This document shows positions 33,218 to 44,619 of a DNA stretch of 49,961 bases, one piece after another. Within the stretch, counting starts at the first letter, position 1, and every line of letters begins with the position of its first letter. Origin of the DNA: Antechinus flavipes (lineage: Eukaryota); assembly GCF_016432865.1 (NCBI RefSeq), contig NC_067400.1, positions 629,314,040 to 629,364,000 of the forward strand, given 5' to 3'. The position numbers were made by a program, and so were the translations under genes. The notes under the pieces were generated by a model that saw only the letters and a list, made by a program, of their open reading frames with translations, did not search any database and had not been told where the DNA came from.

Positions 33218-36200
33218 CTACGGGCCTGTCCCCAGCCCAGCTTCCTCCTCTTCCTCTTCCTCCTCATCCAAGCTGGTCTCCTCTTCTCCACCTGCGCCTT
33301 CCTCCTCCTCCCCGCCCCCCTCCCCCTCCTCCCCATCCCTCTCCCCCTCTTCCCGGCCCCCCTCCCCCTCCCCTTCCCCCACCACCCAGGCCTCCCCAAC
33401 CCAGTCCAGCACAGCTGTGGGCGGGCTCCTCTTCTCGGGCTCGAGGGCCAGCAGCCCCCGCAGGAGGGTCTGAGCCGCGGCCGAGAACCGGGCCCAGGGC
33501 TGGGGCGGCAGGGCCGGCTGGGGACGGGCCGTCTGCCAGGCCGCGAAGGTCTCGAACCCGGGGTCGGGAGCCAGGGCCACGGCCCAGGGGAAGGCGGCCG
33601 TGGCGGCGCAGAAGAGGAGGACCCCCAGCCCCCAGGAGTCCAGCTCGGGCCGCAGGGCCAGGGCGGCCGGGGGCCGCAGGAGGCAGAGCTCGGGGGGCGC
33701 CGAGGGCAGGGGCCCGGGCGGCGCGGGCGCGGGGCAGCCCTCCGGCCGGGTCAGCCCGAAGTCCCCCAGGGCCACCCGGCGGCAGGCTCTGTCGAAGACC
33801 AGGACGTTGTCGGGCTTGACGTCGGCGTGGACCAGGCCCCGGGAGTGCAGGAAGTCCAGGGCTCCGGCCAGCTGGACCCCCACCCGCTTCAGCTGCAGCT
33901 CGGGGAGGCCCTGCCGGGGGAGAGGGCGGGCTCAGGGCCTGGCTCCGGGCCCCAGGGGCGGGAACTCCCAGCCCGGCTCTTCCCGAACTGGGACCGGCCT
34001 CCTCCCAAACCCGGACCCCGGACCCCGGACCGGCCTCCTCCCAAACCCAAACCCCAGACCCCGGACCGGCCTCCTCCCGAACCCGGACCCCGGACCCCGG
34101 ACCGGCCTCCTCCCAAACCCGGACCCCGGACCCCGGACCGGCCTCCTCCCAAACCCAAACCCTGGACTGGCCTCCTCCTAAACCCAGACCCCAGACCCCG
34201 GACTGGCCTCCTCCCTGCCTTTCCCTTTGTTTACTGGGAATGTGCAGGTGCCTCGGGCTGACTCTTACAACCGGGGTAAGGGCCCCCCAGCTGCCAAGGA
34301 TGCCCCCTGGCCTTCTCCCAGCTTCTTTCAGCCCTGAATGGGGACCCGAGGCTAATCCCTGAGCCTTCTGCTCCCCCTGACCCTGTGTGGATCCCCTCCC
34401 TTCCCGGCCTTTGCCCCTCACAGGCTCAGCTGCCAAACAAGGCCAGGAAGGGCTGAGGCAGAACTGGGAAATGGTGGGGCTCTGCAGCCTGAGCCCCGGA
34501 CGGCCCAGTCCCCCAGAGCAGGACGGCCCGGTCCTCCGGAGCAGCCCGAGCCCGGGACAGCCCGGGTTCCCCGGAACAGCCCGAGCCCGGGACAGCCCAG
34601 TCCCCCTGAGCAGGCTGAGCCCCGGACGGCCCGGGTCCCCCAGAGCAGCCTGAGCTCCGGACATCCCGGGTTCCCCGGAACAGCCCGAGCCTGGGACAGC
34701 CCAGTCCCCCTGAGCGGGCTGAGCCCCAGATAGCCCGGGTCCCCCGGAGCAGCCGGAGTCGGGGCAGTCCGAGGGCAGCCCTGATGCACAGGGGATGAAG
34801 TGTGGGCATGAGGTCAGGGAGGCTGGAGCGGGGGTCTGGCTTGGGACCCCAGGAAGCACTTCCCTTCTGGCAGCTCCCGCCCGGGGGCCTGAGGGGCCGC
34901 GCGAGCTCCCAGCAAACGCTGCCCAAAGCTTCCACAAATGCCCCCCCGTGCCCGCCCTCCGAGCCTCTGCCGAGCCCCCGAGTCTAAGCGGCCGCGGCCC
35001 CCTCACCGGCCCCGCTCCCTTCCAGCCTCCAGGCCCGCGCCCCTTCTTGGCCAGCCCCAGGCCTGCTCCGCATGGAGCCCCGAGCCTCGATCCCGTCTCA
35101 GTGAGATCGAGCTCGGTCTGAGCCTCTTCTCGGCCCGTGCTCTCCCCCGGCCCCGCACCCGGGTGCAGGCCCGAGCTCAGCCCCGGCCCCTGAGCCGTCC
35201 CCCCGCTCCGGGGCCACCGAGACCTCACCCTCTCCTCCAACATTGCGCTGAGATCGCCGCACGGCGCCAGCTCCTGGGCAAAGGCGTAGTGGCGGGGGCT
35301 CTGCAGCGGGGGGGCCAGGGTGCCGAGCAGCCCCGGGTGCGAGGAGACGCAGCGGCCCACGCAGAACTCCCGGAGGAACGTGGCCCGGGACGCGGAGGCC
35401 CGTGGGAGCAGCTTCAGGGCGACGGGGGGACCTTGGGAAAGGAGGACGCCGGGACGGCTGGGACGGAGGGGCCGAGGCCATTGTCTCCCGACCCGCCTTT
35501 GCTCTGGATCCTGACTTCCCCCTCTGGGCAGCGAGGGTCTCCGGCCCCCCGGGGCCACCGGGAGGAGGCCGGAACCTCGGGCCCCACGCCGGACATCCTG
35601 GATCCTGCGTTCCCATCCCCATGGGGAGCAACGTGGGCTCCCGGGAACTGAGACGTTTCCCCTGCACCGCGGACCCCCGCTCACCCCCTCGACGGGGCCG
35701 GGCCAGGAGGACACGGCCGTAGGTGCCGGCGCCCAACTCCCGGACCAGTCGGTAGCAGGACCTCAGGCTCCGAACAGGAGTCACCCTTCTGGCTGTGAGG
35801 TCAACCAGACGCTGAAGGGCCAANNNNNNNNNNNNNNNNNNNNNNNNNNNNNNNNNNNNNNNNNNNNNNNNNNNNNNNNNNNNNNNNNNNNNNNNNNNNN
35901 NNNNNNNNNNNNNNNNNNNNNNNNNNNNNNNNNNNNNNNNNNNNNNNNNNNNNNNNNNNNNNNNNNNNNNNNNNNNNNNNNNNNNNNNNNNNNNNNNNNN
36001 NNNNNNNNNNNNNNNNNNNNNNNNNNNNNNNNNNNNNNNNNNNNNNNNNNNNNNNNNNNNNNNNNNNNNNNNNNNNNNNNNNNNNNNNNNNNNNNNNNNN
36101 NNNNNNNNNNNNNNNNNNNNNNNNNNNNNNNNNNNNNNNNNNNNNNNNNNNNNNNNNNNNNNNNNNNNNNNNNNNNNNNNNNNNNNNNNNNNNNNNNNNN

Positions 36201-37241
36201 NNNNNNNNNNNNNNNNNNNNNNNNNNNNNNNNNNNNNNNNNNNNNNNNNNNNNNNNNNNNNNNNNNNNNNNNNNNNNNNNNNNNNNNNNNNNNNAACAAG
36301 AGAGACAGAGAGAGACACAGAGACACAGAGAAAGACAGAGAAAAGAAAGCGAGAAAGACAGAGAGAAGAGAAAGACAGAGAAATGAAAGAGAGAGAGACA
36401 GAGAGAGAAAAGAAAGAGAGAAGGGAGGGAGACAGACAGACAGAGACAGAGAAAGGGGGGGGGGGAGAGAGAGAGAGAGAAGACAGAAAGGAGAGTGAGC
36501 AAGAGAGTGGCCACTCTGGGCCTCAGTTTCTAAGTCTGTAAAGTTAAGGAAAGATCAGCCAATCTCTAAGTGCTCTTTAGATAAAAGACTTGACAGTTCT
36601 GGGTCCTGGGAGATTTCAAGCCAGAGGATGGAACATGGAGGGGAGGCGAGGGAGGTCACAGAATTTCAGATTTCAGAGGGAGGCTCTCAAGCTCCATTCT
36701 GTCCCTCTAAAAGAGTCCCCCATTCCACAACAGCCTCTATTTGAATACTTCCAGTCAGGGGAGGCTCACTACCTCTCAGGTGGCCTCTGAAATGCCTTCT
36801 ATCAAGTTAAAGCGCCCTGGGGAGGGGGGAGGGGCTCTAAGGATCCTATAGGGGAGACCGAGGGTCAACAACTGAGTCAGCGTCCCGGGGTGGGGTCGGT
36901 GACTCACGGTGAGTCACCCTGAGGGACTGGCCCACCTGTTCCCGAGCCCTGGTCCCTCCCCGGGGTCCCCGCCAGGAACAGCCTGGCCACCCCCCACTGC
37001 CAGCTTCTCTCCCCGGCTTCCCCGCCGCCTTCTCCGTCTCCGGCCCCTCCGTCTCAGGGACTCCCAGTCTGTTTCCCGTCCTTGTTCCAGCCCCAGGCGC
37101 CTCCGTCTTTTCCTCGTTTCCTCCCGGCGGATCCTCCTCTTCTTCATTTCTTTGGTTTACGGTCTCTGCCTCCCTTTACACCCACACACCGCTCACCTCC
37201 AAGTCCCCGTCCTCCAGGGTCCCGTGGTCCCCGTTCTCCAT
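33218..37241 (-). CDS. SBK3: SH3-binding domain kinase family member 3 (SgK110); 4 coding exons, about 363 aa
   Basis: complement(join(33218-33910,35229-35431,35685-~35835,37197-37241)); about 12 nt of exon 2 are inferred to lie in the N gap. Exon 1 MENGDHGTLEDGDLE corresponds to recalled human MERRASETPEDGDPE. LQRLVDLT..VTPVRSLR, FLREFCVGRCVS, HADVKPDN and GVLLFCAATA match recalled SBK3. Confidence 0.93.
33985..34215. repeat. 36-bp repeat in SBK3 intron 3 (ggaccggcctcctcccaaacccggaccccggacccc), about 6 units
   Basis: Tandem units visible. Confidence 0.9.
34478..34770. repeat. ~35-bp degenerate repeat in SBK3 intron 3 (cagcccgagcccgggacagcccgggttccccggaa)
   Basis: About 8 units. Confidence 0.85.
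36295..36500. repeat. GA-rich repeat flanking a gap (SBK3 intron 1)
   Basis: Purine-only tract. A similar tract lies at 37480-38150. Confidence 0.85.
36650..36790. mobile_element. Possible L3/CR1 fragment
   Basis: cagcctctatttgaatacttccagtcagggga...ctcactacctc resembles the recalled CR1/L3 3' end. Confidence 0.4.
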
Positions 37242-39158
37242 GTCGGGGTGGCCTCGCCCCCCGCGGACACCCCTCCGAGCGCTCTAGCTTTTACGGGCCC
37301 TGCCTCCGCCTCCGTCCTCCTGGAGCTCCCTTCTCTCCAGCTCCTTTTAACCTTCCCGGTCTCTGTGCGCGTCTCTCGGATTCTTTTCTGTTTCTCTCTC
37401 TCCTTTTCTCTGTCTCTGGCCCCCCTTGTGAGTTTCTGTCCTTGCTCTTTATCAGTCAGTTCTCACGTGTGAGAGACAGACAGTGACAGAAAAGAGGGAG
37501 AAAGGAAGGAGGGAGACGGGAAAGGGGAGAGAGACAGAACAGAGCCAGAGAGAAGAGGAAGAAGGGAGAGGAAAGAGAGAGGAAGCAGAGGGAGGAGAGA
37601 GGGAAGAGACCGATGAAAAAGAGAGGAAAGAGGGAGGAAGGAATGAGAGAGAGAAGCGAGAAGGGGACAGGAAGAGAAACGGGAGAGTGAAGAGACAGAG
37701 GAAGAAGGGAGCGNNNNNNNNNNNNNNNNNNNNNNNNNNNNNNNNNNNNNNNNNNNNNNNNNNNNNNNNNNNNNNNNNNNNNNNNNNNNNNNNNNNNNNN
37801 NNNNNNNNNNNNNNNNNNNNNNNNNNNNNNNNNNNNNNNNNNNNNNNNNNNNNNNNNNNNNNNNNNNNNNNNAGACAGAGGAAGGGAGAGAGGGGGGAGA
37901 GAGAGAGAGAAGGGAGAGGGAAGAGACAGAGAGAGAAGGGAGAGGGAAGAGTAAGAAAGAGAAGAGACACAGAGAAGGGAGAGGAGAGATAGAGACAGAG
38001 GAAGGGAGAGAGGGGGGAGAGAGAGAGAGAGAAGGCAGAGGGAAGAGAGAGGAGACAAAAGGAAGAGGATGAGGAAGAAGAAACAGAGAAGAGGGAGAAG
38101 GGAGAGGGAAGAGAGCAGGGGATGAAGGGAAAGGGGGTGGGGGAGAAAGACCGAGGAGAAGAACCTGGCTCTCGTGGCTGTTCTCCCAGTGGGCGCCCGG
38201 TCTGCCCCAGGGCTCAGGCTGCACATCCACCTGGCCCTGTCTCGGCCCGCCTGGCGCTCTCTGCTGAGGGTCCCTCCGGGTCTCGCTCTGCCTCAGTGTG
38301 GCCGCGGGACCCCCTCCGGCCTCCTAGCAGTCTGGCTCTGCCCCCCTCCCTGCAGCTCTGCCCCCCTCCCCGCGGCTCCGGCCCCGCTGCTGCTCCGGCC
38401 CCCTGGCCCTGCGCGCTTTGGGTCTCCTCCTTTGTCTAGCCGCCCGCTGCCTGTGCAGGGGGTGTGGATGGGGCCAAGTTGGTGACAGAGACGTGTGGCC
38501 CCCGCCCCCTTCCTTACCCCCCCTGACCCTCGGCCCCCCCTCCCCCTTCCAAACTTAGCTTGGCTCGGGCCCCGGGCTCCCGTCCCAGGACAGGATCGAG
38601 ACGGGACAAAACGTATTGTGACCCCCCGAGGGCCGGGGCACGGGAGGAAGCCCGGGCCTCCCTTTAGGCCTGGATATCCCCGCTCGGGAACCCCGCAACG
38701 TGGGCTCTAGCCGCGGCTTCCCCGGAGAGCCAGACCCCCTCCCCGAAATCCAGGGGCGGCAAGCCAGGAAGGCTTCCTGTAGGAAGGGACTCTGAGCGGC
38801 CGGCAGAGCTTGGTCCTGAACAGGCCCCCAGGCCCCCAGGGCGGGGACGGGCAGATTGAGTTGTGGGAAGCTGTTGACAGACTCGTGGCTACGGGTGCTG
38901 AACACCTGGGTCCCAGGCGTGTCCGCTCGGCCCAGGAGGCCCTGGCCCCCTGCCCTCCCTCTGCCAGGAAGACACCGAGATCCAGAGCTGGCTTTTCACC
39001 TCCTCTTTTAGCCACACAAGCTCCCTGGGGTCACCCCGTTCGGGCTCTGACCTCCAGCCCGAGACACCAAGCCTTCCAGGCCGAGGAGCAGGCTGTCCCC
39101 GGAGCCCCCCAGACCCCCTCCCCCTAGTGGCAGCCAGCCCTAGAGTCTGTTTGACCTT

Positions 39159-39876
39159 GGGCAAATCAAGGCCCCCCTGGGCAAATCAAGGTTCCCGTGG
39201 GCAAAACAAGGCCCCCGTGAGCAAAGCAAGGTCCCCGTGGGCAAAGCAAGGTTCCCGTGGGCAAAGCAAGGCCCCCCTGGGCAAAGCAAGGTCCCCGTGG
39301 GCAAAGCAAGGCCCCCATGAGCAAAGCAAGGTTCCCGTGGGCAAAACAAGGCCCCCCTGGGCAAAGCAAGGTTCCCGTGGGCAAAGCAAGGTTCCCGTGG
39401 GCAAAGCAAGGCCCCCCTGGGCAAAGCAAGGTTCCCGTGGGCAAAGCAAGGCCCCCATGAGCAAAGCAAGGTTCCCGTGGGCAAAACAAGGCCCCCCTGG
39501 GCAAAGCAAGGTTCCCATGGGCAAAGAAAGGCCCCCCTGGGCAAAGCAAGGTTCCCGTGGGCAAAACAAGGCCCCCGTGGGCAAAACAAGGTTCCCATGG
39601 GCAAAGAAAGGCCCCCCTGGGCAAAGCAAGGTTCCCATGGGCAAAGAAAGGCCCCCCTGGGCAAAGCAAGGTCCCCGTGGGCAAAGAAAGGCCCCCCTGG
39701 GCAAAGCAAGGTTCCCATGGGCAAAGAAAGGCCCCCCTGGGCAAAGCAAGGTTCCCATGGGCAAAGCAAGGCCCCCGTGGGCAAAACAAGGCCCCCCTGG
39801 GCAAAGCAAGGCCCCCATGGGCAAAGCAAGGTTCCCGTGGGCAAAGAAAGGCCCCCGTGGGCAAAGCAAGGCCCCT
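39159..39876. repeat. 20-bp minisatellite (gggcaaagcaaggttcccgt / gggcaaagcaaggcccccct), about 36 units
   Basis: Strict 20-bp period with point variants and no unique spacers. Confidence 0.95.
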
Positions 39877-40262
39877 GGGGGTCCGCCTCACCCCTGCCCT
39901 GCATAAAAGGGTCACTGGAAGTTACTGTTGCTGCTCCTGACAGGGCTTGTTCAGAGCTGGCCGGGAGTTCAGGGGGCTGCGGCTCAGAGCCCCCCTCGGC
40001 CATTTAATTCTATGTCGAGGGAAGCTCTGAACCCCATCGTGGGAAACGGGGTGGGCAGGGAGGCTGGGGCTCAGGCCCGGGGGCAGGAATCGTCCACTTC
40101 TGCCTTCTTCTCCCCGGGCCCGAGGGCGGTGTTTGACAAATGCAGGGTCCCGGGAAATCGGCGGCCGCCCCTTGGGAGGGAGCCCCCCCCCCCCACCGGC
40201 GGCCCCCACCCCACCCCCGCGCACAGACGGCCCTGGCCTGGCTCCGCTGGGCTCCAGTCGAG

Positions 40263-40268
40263 TTTATT
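40263..40268 (-). terminator. ZNF579: ZNF579 polyadenylation signal AATAAA
   Basis: tttatt on + strand, about 415 nt past the stop codon. Confidence 0.75.
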
Positions 40269-40681
40269 CATAGACAGACGGGGAACAGGGAACAGACCCG
40301 ACCACCCCCAGCCCGCACTCTGGGACCGCTGCCCTCCCCGGCGCCGCTGCTGCTGCAGACAGAGCCCGGAAGGACTGGGCGTGGGCAGAGGGGCAGGGAG
40401 ACGGGGTGGGGGCGGAGGCCCCTGGGAACCAGAGGAGCCACGCCGCCCCTCGACTCCCCTCGGCCGGAACGGGGACCCTCGGTCGCCTGCGGTGGCGAGA
40501 GGGCGGGGCTCCGGGTCGGTGTTGGGGGGGGGTCTATCCTGCAGAGCGGGGGGGAGTTAGGGTCCCGGACTCTTGGCCGTCTCCCCGGGGAGACGCCCCT
40601 CACCTCAATCTTGCTCTTTCTTCCAGAGAGGGGGCAGAGGGGACGGGGCGGCCATAAAACACGGGGCGGGGGATTCTGCTG

Positions 40682-42169
40682 TCAGGAGGGCACCCTTTCT
40701 GTCCCCCCCAGGCCCCCCTCTTCCTCCTCCTCCAGCTCGAAGGCTGAGTGGTCCTGACTGTCGAAACAGGAGGCGCTGAGGTATGCCGGGGCGGGCGGGG
40801 GGCTCCGAGAGGGAGAGGGGGGCGAGGGGGGGTCGTCCACTGTCTCCGCCGGGGCCGGGGCCGCCTCCTCGGCGGGGGCCGCGGCCCTGCTCAGGGCCCC
40901 CTCCACCTCGGCCCGGTGACACCGCTGGTGCCGCAGCAGGCTGTAGGCCCTGGAGAAGCGGCGGGGGCAGCGGGGGCAGGGGTGCGGGGCGGGGCCCCCC
41001 GCGTGCACCTGGGCGTGCCGGGCCAGGTCCGCCAGCCGCTTGAACTCCCGCTGGCAGCGGACGCACTGGAAGGGCCTGGCTCCCGAGTGGGTGACGCCGT
41101 GCTGGCGGAGGTGGGCCCGCCGGCGGAAGCCCTTGCCGCACTCCGGGCACCGGAAACGGGGCTCCACGGGCGGCGGAGGGGGCGGGGGGGGGTCCTCCCC
41201 GGGCCCCGCTTCTCCCTGGAGCCCCCCGCCCTCTTCTCCGTTCTGCCCCTGGGATTCTGCCCCTTTGGCAAAGTTCCATCCCTTGGAAGCGCCGGCCACG
41301 CCCCTCTCCTCCTTGTCGGCGCGAGGCGCGGGCGCCAGCAGGCTCAGGGCGCCGTGCACCCGCCGGTGCTGCCGGAGGTAGGAGGCCAGGCGGAAGGCCA
41401 GGCCGCAGTCCGGGCAGGCGAAGGGCCGGTCCGGGGAGTGAACCAGCCGGTGGCGGGACAGCGACCAGGGCCTGGCGAAGGCCTTGAGGCAGACGGGGCA
41501 CTGGTGGCGCTTGGGCCGCGGGGGGGGCCCGGGCTCCCCGTCGGGGCCCGCGCGGCCCCCCGAGCTCCGCAGGCACGGGTGGGCCTTCAGCTCCCCCTTG
41601 GTGGGGAAGGCCTCTCTGCAGCGCAGGCACAGCAGGGTCCAGTCGGCCTGCAGCAGGACCTCCTTCTCCTCCCCGCGGCCGGCCGCCGCCCGGGCCAGCT
41701 CGGCCGCCTCCTCCTGGGCGTCCTCGGCGGGGCCCGCGGCGGGCGCCGGCTCCGCCGCGGGCTCCTGGCTCCCCGGCGCCTCGGCCCCCGCCGGCTCCCC
41801 CCCGCCGCCGTGCTCCTGGGCCAGGTGCAGCTGCAGCTGGGCCGGCTCCGGGAAGGTGCGGGGGCAGGCCGCGCAGCGCAGAGGCGGCTGAGGGCCGTGG
41901 CCCCGCAGGTGCCGGGCCAGGTGGGCCGGCCGGCGGAAGGCCTTGGGGCACAGCGGGCAGGCGTGCGGGCGCAGGCCCGAGTGGCTGAGCCGGTGGCGGG
42001 ACAGGTAGTAGGGGAAGCGGAAGAGGCGGCCGCAGGTGGGGCAGGGCAGGGGGGCCCTGGGAGCGGCTCCGCCGCCTCGGCCCCGGCCCCGGCCCCTGCC
42101 CCGGCCCCGGCCCCGGCCCCGACCCCGAGGAGAGGCGCCTGGGGCTGGCGGAGGGGGCTGGGGGTCCAT
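40682..42169 (-). CDS. ZNF579: Zinc finger protein 579 (single coding exon, 495 aa, 8 C2H2 fingers + 1 degenerate, N-terminal RG repeat)
   Basis: Acceptor ccccgcag|GT ATG. MDPQPPPP...GRGRGRGRG...CPTCGRLFRFPYYLSRHRLSH...VLLQADWTLLCLRC...LSASCFDSQDHSAFE match recalled human ZNF579. Confidence 0.96.
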   Translation of the reverse strand: MDPQPPPPAPGASPRGRGRGRGRGRGRGRGRGGGAAPRAPLPCPTCGRLFRFPYYLSRHRLSHSGLRPHACPLCPKAFRRPAHLARHLRGHGPQPPLRCAACPRTFPEPAQLQLHLAQEHGGGGEPAGAEAPGSQEPAAEPAPAAGPAEDAQEEAAELARAAAGRGEEKEVLLQADWTLLCLRCREAFPTKGELKAHPCLRSSGGRAGPDGEPGPPPRPKRHQCPVCLKAFARPWSLSRHRLVHSPDRPFACPDCGLAFRLASYLRQHRRVHGALSLLAPAPRADKEERGVAGASKGWNFAKGAESQGQNGEEGGGLQGEAGPGEDPPPPPPPPVEPRFRCPECGKGFRRRAHLRQHGVTHSGARPFQCVRCQREFKRLADLARHAQVHAGGPAPHPCPRCPRRFSRAYSLLRHQRCHRAEVEGALSRAAAPAEEAAPAPAETVDDPPSPPSPSRSPPPAPAYLSASCFDSQDHSAFELEEEEEGGLGGTERVPS

Positions 42170-42279
42170 ACCTGCGGGGAAAGGAGAAAGAGGCGTGATG
42201 TACAAGGGGCGGCTGAGAGGCGGGGCCCGGGGTGACCCAGACAGGGCCCCAGGAAAGGAGACGGGGGAGGGGGGAGCCG

Positions 42280-43760
42280 GGGGGAGGGAGAAAGAGAGAA
42301 AAAAGNNNNNNNNNNNNNNNNNNNNNNNNNNNNNNNNNNNNNNNNNNNNNNNNNNNNNNNNNNNNNNNNNNNNNNNNNNNNNNNNNNNNNNNNNNNNNNN
42401 NNNNNNNNNNNNNNNNNNNNNNNNNNNNNNNNNNNNNNNNNNNNNNNNNNNAGACGGAGGGAGGAGAGAGAGATGGAGGGAGAGATGGAGGGAGAGAGAG
42501 ATGGAGGGAGGAGAGGAAGAGAGAGATGGAGGGAAAGATGGAGGGGGAGAGAGAGAAAAAGAGAAAGAGATGGAGGGGGAGAGAGATGGAGGGGAGAGAG
42601 AGATGGAGGGAGGAGAGAGAGATGGAGGGAGGACAGAGAGAAAGAGATGGAGGGAGGAGAGAGAGAAAAAGAGAGAGATGGAGGGGGAGAGAGAGAAAAA
42701 GAGAAAGAGATGGAGGGGAGAGAGAGATGGAGGGAGGAGAGAGATGGAGGGAGGAGAGAGAGAAAGAGATGGAGGGAGGAGAGGAAGAGAGAGAGAGGAG
42801 AGAGAGATGGAGGGGGAGAGAGAGATGGAGGGGGAGAGAGAGATGGAAGGAGGAGAGAGAAAGAGATGGAGGGGGAGAGAGATGGAGGGAGGAGAGGAAG
42901 AGAGAGATGGAGGGGGAGAGAGAGATGGAGGAGAGATGGAGGGAGAGAGAGATGGAGGGAGGAGAGGAAGAGAGAGGTGGAGGGGGAGNNNNNNNNNNNN
43001 NNNNNNNNNNNNNNNNNNNNNNNNNNNNNNNNNNNNNNNNNNNNNNNNNNNNNNNNNNNNNNNNNNNNNNNNNNNNNNNNNNNNNNNNNNNNNNNNNNNN
43101 NNNNNNNNNNNNNNNNNNNNNNNNNNNNNNNNNNNNNNNNNNNNNNNNNNNNNNNNNNNNNNNNNNNNNNNNNNNNNNNNNNNNNNNNNNNNNNNNNNNN
43201 NNNNNNNNNNNNNNNNNNNNNNNNNNNNNNNNNNNNNNNNNNNNNNNNNNNNNNNNNNNNNNNNNNNNNNNNNNNNNNNNNNNNNNNNNNNNNNNNGAGA
43301 GATGGAGGGAGGAGAGGAAGNNNNNNNNNNNNNNNNNNNNNNNNNNNNNNNNNNNNNNNNNNNNNNNNNNNNNNNNNNNNNNNNNNNNNNNNNNNNNNNN
43401 NNNNNNNNNNNNNNNNNNNNNNNNNNNNNNNNNNNNNNNNNNNNNNNNNTGGAGGAGGAGAGAGAGATGGAGGGAGGACAGAGAGAAAGAGATGGAGGAG
43501 GAGAGAGAGAAAAAGAGAGAGATGGAGGGGAGAGAGAGAAAAAGAGAAAGAGATGGAGGGAGAGAGAGATGGAGGGAGGAGAGAGACAGATGGAGGGGAA
43601 GAGATGGGGGAGGAGGGAGAGAGATGGGGGAGGGTGAGAGAAAGATGGAAGAGAGAGATAGAGGGAGAGAAAAGGACAGAGATGGAGGAGGAGGAGGGGA
43701 GAGAAACAGAAAACGGGAAAGGAGGAGAGAGAAGGAAGGGGGTGAAGAGGGGGAAGGAAA
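42280..43760. repeat. GA-rich tandem repeat (gagagatggagggaggaga) in ZNF579 intron 1, with three gaps
   Basis: Purine-rich repeat units. Confidence 0.9.
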
Positions 43761-44139
43761 GGAATCAGCATTCACTTGGCGCCTACTGGGTGCCACAGCC
43801 TCGCAGCTGCCCTTATTACCCAAAGGTGAAGGGACTTGCCCGGAGTCACCCAGATAATAAATGTCTGAAGCTAGACTCAGAGGGGGACCCCCGCCCAGGG
43901 ATGGGGGGCAGAGCGCAGGGGGAGCGAGGCGGTGACCTGGCTATGGGGCGGGGAAGGCAGATCTGGGGGGGGGGCAGAGAAGGGGGAGACAGAGGGGCAG
44001 GGGGGAAAGGAGGGAGAGATGGGGACACAGAAGGGGTGGAGAGAGGAGGAGGCGGGGGAGAGAGGGGAGATGGGGAGTCGGGGGTGGGGAACCACAGGTG
44101 CGGGGGATGCACACAGAGATCGCAGGGACGATGACCGGG

Positions 44140-44560
44140 GACGGGCACCGACCCCCCACTGGGCGGGCGGCTCTCGGGGCACGCGCGCGGGGGAAGGGGT
44201 GAGCGCCGCGGGGGCGCGCTCGGCCCCCTCCCCTCCCCCCGCGCTGTCTCACCTCCTCCTCGCTCCCTCCGGCCTCGGGGCCTCCTCCCTCACGCGCGGA
44301 CTGACGGACGGACGGACGGACTGACGGACGCGGACACGGGGGAGGGTGGGGCGGGGGAGGGCCGCGCCGGGCGGGCGGGGGAGGGGCACCGCTCTCTTCC
44401 GGCTCCCCGGATGCAAGCGCGGCCCCGCCCCCGGCGCGCAGAAGTGGGGGGTGGAGGAGGGAGGAAGGGGGGCTCCAGGCCCGCGCCCGCCCGGGCCACA
44501 CCCCGGAGAGGGACTCGGGAGCGCCTGCGCGCAGAGCTCGGGGGCGGAGTCTGTGGCTAA
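44140..44560 (-). promoter_or_regulatory. ZNF579: CpG island: probable ZNF579 non-coding exon 1 and promoter
   Basis: Dense CpG, GC boxes, NRF1-like gcgcctgcgcg near 44521, and candidate minus-strand donors (gtgag) at 44252 and 44293. Consistent with the acceptor at 42172. Confidence 0.6.
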
Positions 44561-44619
44561 GTCGGGGGTGGAGGGGTGAGGGGGGGTGTTGGGTTTCGCG
44601 ATCCGAGACCCGATTCACC

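Noticed and set aside
39159-39876. CRISPR-like array
   Set aside because: Contiguous 20-bp units with no unique spacers, no cas genes and a mammalian context; it is a minisatellite.
40605-44134. 1000-aa ORFs through ZNF579 intron 1 and + strand ORFs over ZNF579
   Set aside because: Read-through of CT/GA repeats and N gaps; the real CDS starts at ATG 42169 just after a splice acceptor.
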